Position numbers and translations under genes: made by a program. This document shows positions 55,895 through 64,000 of a DNA stretch of 64,000 bases, piece by piece (the first letter of the stretch is position 1; the number at the start of each line of letters is the position of its first letter). The notes beneath the pieces are model-generated. The model was not told where the DNA came from. It saw nothing but the letters and a program-made list of their open reading frames with translations, and did not search any database. The DNA is taken from the NCBI GenBank assembly GCA_918797485.1, contig CAKKNE010000002.1:2976001-3040000 (forward strand), in the 5' to 3' direction. Origin of the DNA: Pelagomonas calceolata (lineage: Eukaryota).

Positions 55895-57140
55895 TTACGC
55901 AGCCGATGACCGCGCGATGAGCACGATCGCCGCGCCGTACAGACACAACATTGCCCCAATGTAAGCGAGGGCCCGCGGCGACGCGTGCTCGGCCTCGCCC
56001 CAGTAAAACAGCCCCCATAATGCCGCGACCGTCGGCGAACAACGAGCGACGGACACGGCAACCGTCACGCCGATATCTTCGCCCGCGATGAACACCAGCA
56101 CGGCCCCGCAGAACCAGGCCGCGCCCGCGACGAACCCGTAGCCCCAGGCGGCGCTGCAGATACCGACGCTCGGCGGCTGTTTCGAGCCCGACCGTCGGAG
56201 GTAGGCGGCTCGGACGGGCAGGAGGACGAGGCAGAATAGCAAATGCGACAGGCCCAGGACGACCATGAAGGCCGGGACCTGAGTGGAAATCAAATTCACG
56301 GCGCCCCGCGACGTTGTCCTGTAATTGCGTCAACCTAATTCACTGGTTGATTTCCACACAGGCCGGGACCGTCGCTCCCGCGTCCACGGCCAGCGCCTCG
56401 CCCGCGGGCCAGAAGCTCAGCAGCACGCCCGCCGCCACAGCGCGGCGGACGCCTCTCCGTGCGCCCTGCGGCTTGTCGTCCCACTGATTCTTCGTCTTCG
56501 TCGGCGAGAGCGCGTCGACCAGGCGCTCGATCGGGACGCACGCGTCGTCGCTATGGTCGCTGTCGAAGACGTAGTCGAGCTCGTCATCATCTCCTTCCGG
56601 GAGGAACTCGACCTTGCCCAGCGACCGGCCGCGCTTCAACGCTGAGGCTCCGAGCAGGCCGTCCTCCTCCGGCGGCGCCCCCCGGGGCTCGTTGTCCGCG
56701 AGCCGGAGCTGCGCCAGGGCGTCGAGGGCCACGGCTCCGAGCACGCACAGCAGCGCCCCGAGCAGCGGCCCCACGTTTAGGGCGTCCCGGTCCAGCAGGT
56801 AGAGCAGGAACGTCCCCAAGGTCATTTCGATACCCATCACCACAGGATAGCTCAACGTCACGCCGACCATCTCGATGGAGGACAGGAAGCACATGCTGCC
56901 CCCGCACCCGCACAAGCCGCCAAAGATGCCGTAGAACGCCGCGCCGCGGTGCCCGCCGATCGCTCGTACCTCCGGTGCCGCCGCGACGGCGAGCACCATT
57001 GCGCTCGCGCCGACGCCGACGCTATAAGCTTTAAAGAATAAGGACCACTGCACGGCGCTGGCCTTGGCTAGGGTCCCGATGCTGCCCCACAGGCAGAGTG
57101 CCGTGAGGCAGAGGAGCCAGCCTGCTATTGATGAGTTCAT
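55895..57140 (-). CDS. DMT-superfamily membrane transporter (TMEM144/sugar-transport-like), 2 exons (intron 56279-56369)
   Basis: LWGS, G.TLSYP, P.VAALWGLFYWGE; join AGAT|VPAFM. Confidence 0.75.
56279..56361. mobile_element. Introner element 5 (GT-AG intron 56369->56279)
   Basis: TIR CTGAGTGGAAATCAA / TTGATTTCCACACAG; perfect 8-bp TSD GCCGGGAC (56271-56278, 56362-56369). Confidence 0.95.
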
Positions 57141-57500
57141 CACGAGTTACGAACAGCTTGTGGGCTGCCCATGGCATGGCATCTCTTGCCTCGGGTATTC
57201 GCAGAGCATTCCAGCCACCGCCGGAAAAGCGGTGTTCAAAGGTCGCCGGCGACGCATCCAAGCCGCCTCCGGACGGTTCCGTGCGCGTTTGGAAGGCTGC
57301 GTTTTGGGCCGGCTGAAAAAGTCTGCTTTTTACCCAGTCCAAAAAACAGGCTGCGTTTGAGCCTATAATACACCCCAGGACGCGCAGGACGCTGCGCAAT
57401 GGCGTCTCGGATACGGCGCTGTATACGCTGAAACGCGAGGGCGACTAAAACGGGTTAGCAGAGCCGATAGACAACACCAGAAGGCCTGGTTCTCTCCGCC

Positions 57501-58235
57501 ATGTTAGCCGCGACGAGGATACCCCGCGCCCTCGCCGCGCTGGCCGAGGGCCCCACAGCTTTGTATACGCGCGGCGACGCCGTCGCGACGGCCCATCCCG
57601 TGCTCTTTGGCATGGTTTGCGCGGGCTTGAAAACGGTGGCCGCCGACCTGACCGTCCAGACCGTGGTAGAAAAAAAACAACTGCATGAAGTAGACAAACG
57701 AAGAACTATTACTTTTGGGCTCTTCGGCGTGGGTTACTTGGGAGGTATACAGTACGCGGTTTTTAACAAAGTCCTGCCGGCCATGTGGCCGCGCGCGTCG
57801 AACTTCGCCATGCGGAGCTCCCACGACAAAATAAACAACACGAAGGCTCTACGGAGCCTAGTTGGTTTAGTTGCTACCGAACAACTCATTCATACACCGT
57901 TTGTTTTTTTACCGTGCTTCTACATGACCAAGGAGGTCGTCGAGGGCGACGGTAATGTTGATGTTGCTTTGACGAAGTGGCGCAGAAATATAATCCCGGA
58001 CATGTGCGCGGACATGGTCATCTGGGTGCCCTCGAACCTTGTTAATTTTGCGTTCGTCCCCCAACACTTCCGCGTGCCGTTCGTCGCGCTGACGTCGTTC
58101 GCCTACACGATGGTGCTGTCGTTCATGCGCGGCGGCCAGAAGCGCGATGTTGTCGTCGAGGAGCCTGTCGTGCTCGAAGAAGCGCCGGTTATTGAGCCGC
58201 TCGCGGCCGTCGCGTGCGTCGCCGCGACGCCGTAG
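57501..58235 (+). CDS. Mpv17/PMP22 family membrane protein
   Basis: ADLTVQ, D.RRT..F, IWVPSNLVNFAFVPQHFRVPFV..SF. Confidence 0.88.
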   Translation: MLAATRIPRALAALAEGPTALYTRGDAVATAHPVLFGMVCAGLKTVAADLTVQTVVEKKQLHEVDKRRTITFGLFGVGYLGGIQYAVFNKVLPAMWPRASNFAMRSSHDKINNTKALRSLVGLVATEQLIHTPFVFLPCFYMTKEVVEGDGNVDVALTKWRRNIIPDMCADMVIWVPSNLVNFAFVPQHFRVPFVALTSFAYTMVLSFMRGGQKRDVVVEEPVVLEEAPVIEPLAAVACVAATP

Positions 58236-58504
58236 AATTTGCAGAAGAAGACCCCCCCGCCCGTGTGCATTGCTGTAGCATGCTGTTGCCGCTCGTTCGT
58301 ACTAAGAAACATGTAGATAGTCGTCTTCTTCGGCGCGGCGATGGCGTGGAGGCTTGACCTCCGTCCGGCGCGACGCGCCGACTCCCCGGGCCCCTGTACA
58401 TAAAAGTATGCGCCTCGAGGTATTGTTACGGTGCTAGGACTAGTGGTATGCGCCTCGACGAAACGCTCAGGCTCAGGCTAGTTACGTCGCAGGGTAAACG
58501 CCGG

Positions 58505-58526
58505 CTAGTGTCTTACACGCCGCTAG
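58505..58526 (-). promoter_or_regulatory. Recurrent intergenic dyad motif
   Basis: CTAGTGTCTTACACGCCGCTAG upstream of msrA. Confidence 0.7.
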
Positions 58527-58844
58527 CTCCGGGACAGCGTTCATTACCTCGACGTGTTTCGACCGTGCCGTCGATATTTGTCGCTGGAGAAGCTGCGCAA
58601 ATTGTTGTTCAATCCCAGCGCTCGCTGAGCTCGATACTGCTTTGCTGCGCTGCTCGCTGAGCTCGACACTGCTTGCAAGTGCTGCGCAGCGAGTGCAGCA
58701 CATACATGGCAGTGCGCACGCGCAGCGGCCGCCGCAGCGGCGCAACACCCCTCAACGGAAGTGCAGCGGCGCCATACGAGTGGAAGCTCGACGCCCTCCT
58801 CACCGTCGTCTACCTCGCGGTGCTCTACTACTGGCGCTAGAACG

Positions 58845-59642
58845 ATGAGAAGAGCACTCGTCCTCGCCACAACAACCGCGCGGGCCGTGCGCTTCGGCCG
58901 CGTGCTGGCGCCCGTGGGTTTGTTGGGAGGCGCGAGCCTGCTGTCCAGTGCGCGCGCACCCGTGCACGAATCAAATGTCGCTCGCCCACAGCTGACGCGA
59001 CGCTCTCATCGTTGATTTGCACACAGGCGAGCGCGGAAAAAGATCGACTACGAATCATTGACGGGCCTGCCCGAGAGCTGGGCCGCCGAAGCCGCCAAAC
59101 ACGCATTAGCTGGCAACACACCCACAAGGTCCGACGGCGGGTACGAGATAGCGACCTTCGCCGGCGGCTGCTTCTGGGGCGTCGAGCTGCGCTTCCAGCG
59201 CGTGCCCGGCGTCATCGCGACGGCGAGCGGCTACGTCCAAGGGCATAAATCTGAGCCGACCTACAAGGAGGTCTCGGCGCGGTCCACGGGCCACACGGAA
59301 GCGGTCCAGCTCATTTTCGATCCGGGCGTTGTGAGTTATGCGGACTTGCTGGAGATCTACTGGGACCGACTGGGCGACGACGCCACGCGCGCCAACGCCG
59401 TTGGCAACGACCGCGGGCCGCAGTACCGCTCCGGCGTCTACGCGCTTTCCGAGAGACAGCTCGCCGCCGCGGAGGCGTCGCTATCAAAGCGCCAGGAGCG
59501 CTTCGCGAAGCCGATCGCGACGGAGGTCGAAATGCAAAGAGGCGTCTTCTGGCCCGCGGAGGAGTACCACCAGCAGTACCTCGAGAAGGGCGGCCAGTCC
59601 GCCAGGAAAAAGGAGACGGAGCCGATCCGGTGTTATGGGTAA
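58845..59642 (+). CDS. msrA: Peptide methionine sulfoxide reductase A, 2 exons (intron 58952-59026)
   Basis: FAGGCFWGVE, TGHTEAV, GNDRGPQYRS, AEEYHQQYLEKGG, IRCYG; targeting-peptide exon joins in frame. Confidence 0.93.
58960..59026. mobile_element. Introner element 6 (GC-AG intron 58952-59026)
   Basis: Ends CCGTGCACGAATCAA / TTGATTTGCACACAG; TSD GCGCGCAC/GCGAGCGC (6/8). Confidence 0.85.
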
Positions 59643-59647
59643 GAGCC

Positions 59648-60433
59648 TTATGTTACACTACCAAACATCTTGCCGAACAGCGTCGGCCGCCGCCGCTGGT
59701 ACAGGAACACGTCGGTCCCGCCGCCGGCCGCGTTCCACGACATCGCCGCGCGGCGCTTGCCTACCCGATCAAAGGACTCGCTCGGGAAGTCGCTCAGCGT
59801 CGCAATACTCGCGACGGTACTCGCGTCGAGCGCGCGGCCGAGCTTCGCCAGCATGCAGTCGTCGAAGAGGAGCGAGGCGACGTACGCGTGCGACACCTCC
59901 AGCTCCGGCAGTGCGGCGAGGATGTCGCCGTGCACGAACTCGGGCGCGGCCGCTGTTGACAAAGCGGCGGGTGCGTCGTCGTCGACGAGCAGGCGCGCGA
60001 GGCCCTCGACCGCGCAGTCGTGCCGCGTGCGCGAGAGCTCGACGCCCACCGACGACTGCACATGACATTCGAGCCAGCACTGCGCGACCATCCGCCCGGC
60101 ACCCGAGCCGAGGTCGGCGAATGACGCATCCTCAGGCGCGTCGTGGAGCAGCCCGAGCATGTCGAAGACGGTGCGCGCGCCGCCCGCGACGACCTCTCCA
60201 TAAGTATTGCCGAACTCGCCCGCGATTTCATCGATCGCGGCCTCCTCGTCCGGCGTCGCGCGGTGGCCGTCCAGGCCGCGCCAGGCGCGCTCGACGGCGC
60301 CATCAATGGCCTCGCGGCGCAGCATCTCGGCCGGCGTCCGCGGCGCCGGCGGCGCCACCGGGGCCTGCGGCACGAGCCCGGACGCCGCCAGCGAGGCGAC
60401 GGCGACCGCCGTCGTAAAGGGGTCGACGCGCAT
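59648..60433 (-). CDS. DOT1-like SAM-dependent methyltransferase
   Basis: TYGEV, FADLGSGAGRMVAQ, SVGVELS..RH, HGDI, AYVASLLF, MSW. Confidence 0.8.
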   Translation of the reverse strand: MRVDPFTTAVAVASLAASGLVPQAPVAPPAPRTPAEMLRREAIDGAVERAWRGLDGHRATPDEEAAIDEIAGEFGNTYGEVVAGGARTVFDMLGLLHDAPEDASFADLGSGAGRMVAQCWLECHVQSSVGVELSRTRHDCAVEGLARLLVDDDAPAALSTAAAPEFVHGDILAALPELEVSHAYVASLLFDDCMLAKLGRALDASTVASIATLSDFPSESFDRVGKRRAAMSWNAAGGGTDVFLYQRRRPTLFGKMFGSVT

Positions 60434-60669
60434 ATTCTTTTTTCAATTATCGAAGCTTCGTAACTTGTTTTTTGGGGTCCGCGCGTACTCCGCTTCCAGC
60501 TCCTTGATCTTGTCCTCAGTGGTTTATATCTGTGGCGCAGCGATGTACTCTGAGCTGCCTGCAGCTCACTGATGCGTGCGATTGCTGCCACAGCGATAGC
60601 TACGAGCTATGCCTAGTGCCAGTAACACGCTCACCAGTAACACGCTCACCAGCACCGGCAAAACGCGAG

Positions 60670-60689
60670 CTAGCGTTGTAAGACACTAG
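60670..60689 (+). promoter_or_regulatory. Recurrent intergenic dyad motif
   Basis: CTAGCGTTGTAAGACACTAG upstream of minus-strand ATG 60433. Confidence 0.7.
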
Positions 60690-60781
60690 GAATCAGGTAC
60701 GCGAGACACTTAGCCAAGCGAGAGACCGAGTTGGTCTGTCATGCGGGTTGCCCCGGCGGGCGGGGGGAGACGGGCGCGGCT

Positions 60782-61827
60782 CTACCACTGGTCCTGGCGA
60801 TCCGGCCGGCGGACGCCAGCCTCATCGCGGATCTTCTCGCGGAAGACGAAGCCCGGCCGCCCGCCGTCGTCCGCGTGCTCGTAGGGGTGCTCCTGGCGGA
60901 ACTCGACCGCGCGCACCGTGAGGTCGAGGCCGTTCGCCTCGATCGCCGCGACGGACCGCGGTGGCAAGAGCCATGCGCGCGCGATCGTCACCGTGTCCAA
61001 GTAGGGCGTGAGTACCTGTGTAAGCGACCACGTCAAGCATATAAAGTGCGATGGTGCGCTGGTGCGAGCCCAGATCCGGTTCCCGGTGCCGTCGGAGAAG
61101 ACGTCGACGCGGATGCGGTGAGCTTCGAGGAGGCCTTCCGCGGGGAACATGTGCTCCGGGCCATAGAGCACGACCCGAAACGCCATGCCGAACCAGAGCG
61201 ACAACCAGTGGACCTCCTCCCACTTCGACCTCTCCTTCAGCTTCGCCAGGAGCGCGATGACGGCCAGCAGTAGCGACAGCATGTGCGCGTGGTGCCAGCC
61301 CACCGGTATAGTAATGTTTTCGAAGTAAGAGTCGTCCCACTCGCCGACGCCCTCGTTTGCCAGTTTATAACCAATACAACCGAACAAGTAGTGCGCCGTC
61401 CCGTAGAGCTTACCGAGGTCGTCGTTACCAACACCGATCGGTCTCTCTTCGAAGGGGCCTACGTGCGTCATCTCCAACATGCCCTCAAAGGCCTCGCCTA
61501 GCAGTAGTAACGGGCTCAGCGTCCGCTTGGCCGTGTTGTCCATGAACCTGTGTCGAGACCATGCCATCGACGCGACGACGACTCGTCGACCCCACGCCAT
61601 CGACCCGACGGTACACCGACCGCAACGCAGTCGTCGACGTGACGCGGAGTACTCGAACTCTTTGATTTTCACACGGTCGCGTGCTGCACTGCCATTTTCA
61701 CGCCACCGCCCTCCGCGTATTTTTGCACGAAGCGCGTGGCACCCGCGCAGAACTCCTCCACGTTCTTATCAAATTTTAATTTGTGCTCGGCCGTGGCGCG
61801 GCTATACATGTCCCTGTCTCTTATCAT
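60782..61827 (-). CDS. Hypothetical protein, at least 2 exons (intron 61548-61684); start uncertain
   Basis: In-frame join KMAVQ|FMDNTAK after removal of the introner. Confidence 0.55.
61548..61676. mobile_element. Introner element 7 (GC-AG intron 61684->61548)
   Basis: Ends CTGTGTCGAGACCA / TTGATTTTCACACGG; two copies of the GCCATCGAC core; donor 8 nt outside the element. Confidence 0.85.
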
Positions 61828-62802
61828 CTGATCGCGCCAGAGGCCTGACAGCAAAAAGTCGACGGCGTACCACCCTCGCGCGGAGTCCTGCGTTGGCGGA
61901 TAAACCCCTGACCCCTCCTGAAGTGTATGCTGGTATGGAAGTGTTTTGACCCTTCGTTCTTCCTTCCATGTTGCCGATTTTTACATGTTTTGCCACCAAC
62001 ACGCGATCTCGAACTTGGCGCGGATCGCGCCCCACGCAGCAGTCGCCGCGGCCGGGGCGAGGACGATTACAACAGATCCGGCTCCGCGGCCCACTCCTCT
62101 TCTTCAAAGCGCTTCGAGCGCGGCGAAGGGCAGCTTGTACAACAGGCACGGCTCTGCGGCCATGAACACGCAGACGCTCCGCGTCCGCCGCACGAACTCG
62201 TGCGTCCCAATAATGGTGGACAGTCAGGCGGCCGCTCGCGACTATATACAGCGCATCATCATGCCCCCGTCGGCTCGTCGGCTGCTCCAAGCGGTAGCAA
62301 TGCCTCGCCCGATTTCAACCTCCTTGCCTCGGCACATTCACTCAGGCCGGGCTCCGCCAGCAATGCATCTATCTCTGCATCAGCTGCGAAGCCTGATAGG
62401 TGGTCATGGCGTCGACGCGCATCGTCACCTGCGGGGGGTTCGCTCGTGCCAGCGGTGTGCGAAACGTCTCGGAGACACGAGTCCCGAGCGCGCGTCCTCA
62501 GTTCTCCAAGGTGTGGTTGTGAGTTTCTTCCACATGGCGTTTCCGCTCAGAGTCTCAGGTCTCATTAAGTGATCGTCATCGGACGTGTGCGCGTGAAAAA
62601 TGCGTGGTTACTGCTCGGTGCTGAGCTTGGCAATTTGCCTGAATCCCAGCAGCGGTGCCGCGCCGCTGCAGGCAGCCGCTGCTGTCACTTTTAGAGCCTT
62701 TGCGATAATAATTCGCTCGCGCACTGCCTGTTTGCACAGCTGTGTGGCTTTTGTCCAGGCCTCTCTCTCTCGCTGCTTACCCAAACTCTGAGGCTGGCGC
62801 CG

Positions 62803-62824
62803 CTAGCGCGCTGTAAGACACTAG
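62803..62824 (+). promoter_or_regulatory. Recurrent intergenic dyad motif
   Basis: CTAGCGCGCTGTAAGACACTAG, about 110 bp upstream of the GST ATG. Confidence 0.7.
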
Positions 62825-62936
62825 CATCTAGCTCTGCAACCAAGCAATGTGCCTTAAAATACCCGTTTCGCACCTCTACCGGCCGCATGATACTTGTACG
62901 AGTGGTTTTCACTGCCGAGACATCGATTTTCCAGCA

Positions 62937-63857
62937 ATGCTTGCAGCACTCATCTCCTGTGTGGCAGCAGCCTCAGCAATAGCACCACCGCAAGTCACGA
63001 GCGCCCGCACAGTAGCGCAGCACTTGTGGACGACGAGGCAACTCTTCGATACAGACATCCATGCCATTGTGCAATGCGGCTCCGGCCCGAGCGAGTACAG
63101 GCTCGCGTACATGCCATGCCGCAATCGGGGGGAGATCATCAGATTAATGCTCGAAGAATCCAAGTGCTCTTACGAGCTCGAGGTCGTCGGTTTTCGTGCG
63201 TGGGCTCGGGATGTCAAAATGACGACGCCGGACGGCAAATTGCCGTGTTTGCGGAACTACGATGGTCGGGGTACTGACCTCTGTCAAGAGCAGGCCATTA
63301 CGCGTTTTCTCGCCGACAAGCTCGGCCTCGCGGGTTCTGACGCCGCGGAGCGCGCCGCCGTCGACGCCATGTACTGCTTCTGGTTCTCGACGCTGCGAAA
63401 TAATGGCGTCAGTCACGACGGCGAGCACTATTCGGTTGCTGCATTGAAAGAGGCCGACGAGGGCCTGAGCGCAACAAGTGTGCCGCCGTACGAAGCCGTG
63501 TTCCGCCTGGACCCGCTCTCCCGCGCCGAGCGCTCGCTCGTCGCGCTGAAACGCTTCGAGGAGGTGCTCGGCGCGAGCAAATCGGGCTACCTCGTGGGGG
63601 AAGGCGTGACGTACCCAGACTTAGGTCTCTTCTACATACTGTACGAGTTGGCCGAGGACGACAACGTACCCGACTTCGCCGCGCGGTTCGCGCTGCCCCA
63701 CTGCGGCGCGTTCCTAGACCGGATGAGCTCGCGTTCGCAGCTCGCCGACTTCCTCACGTCGCCGCGGCGCATGCCCCGGTACGCGCGGGACCCGTCCGGC
63801 AGCAGCACGTACCTGTACGTCGCCGGGCGCGCGTCGCCCGAGATCTTGGAGGCGTAA
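62937..63857 (+). CDS. Glutathione S-transferase with N-terminal signal/targeting peptide
   Basis: LAYMPCRNRGEIIRLML, TPDGKLPCL, QEQAITRFLA, YLVGEGVTYPDL. Confidence 0.9.
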   Translation: MLAALISCVAAASAIAPPQVTSARTVAQHLWTTRQLFDTDIHAIVQCGSGPSEYRLAYMPCRNRGEIIRLMLEESKCSYELEVVGFRAWARDVKMTTPDGKLPCLRNYDGRGTDLCQEQAITRFLADKLGLAGSDAAERAAVDAMYCFWFSTLRNNGVSHDGEHYSVAALKEADEGLSATSVPPYEAVFRLDPLSRAERSLVALKRFEEVLGASKSGYLVGEGVTYPDLGLFYILYELAEDDNVPDFAARFALPHCGAFLDRMSSRSQLADFLTSPRRMPRYARDPSGSSTYLYVAGRASPEILEA

Positions 63858-64000
63858 ATTAACACTGAAAAAAACGGGTTTTCCAGAAATAGCGTCGGCG
63901 CATACTGCGTAAGTCAGAACGCCAGGGAGAGCCGGCGGTTGAACACAAACACCAAAAGCTAACGCCGACACATTGATAGGAGGCGCCTGGACATATCTCT

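Noticed and set aside
61927..62572. Two ~210-aa plus-strand ORFs
   Set aside because: Low-information translations with no motif and mutually overlapping frames.

Overview
Gene-dense, GC-rich eukaryotic DNA from an alga with a complex plastid. Evidence: a fucoxanthin-chlorophyll LHC gene and an 'AFAP' bipartite targeting peptide. The features best fit a pelagophyte such as Pelagomonas or Aureococcus, which is an inference. About 37 mostly single-exon genes are present, including CDC48, BRK1, ESF2, vasohibin, FMO, PIP, MsrA, GST, an AMBRA1-like WD40 protein and a 2378-aa multi-C2/LRR protein. Three non-coding systems stand out. (1) At least seven introner-type introns: short TIR elements (CTGTGTGGAAATCAA...TTGATTTCCACACAG) whose 5' splice site lies exactly 8 nt outside the element, in the duplicated target site. 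Removing each one restores the reading frame. (2) A strictly intergenic, orientation-independent dyad motif, CTAGCG-N2-4-GTAAGACACTAG, with 9 exact 12-mer cores and about 10 variants, upstream of most genes. It is a candidate general promoter or chromatin element. (3) A 1.63-kb ORF-less element with 46-bp imperfect terminal inverted repeats, inserted in a divergent promoter. All calls were made by eye from the sequence and ORF track; no database searches were run.
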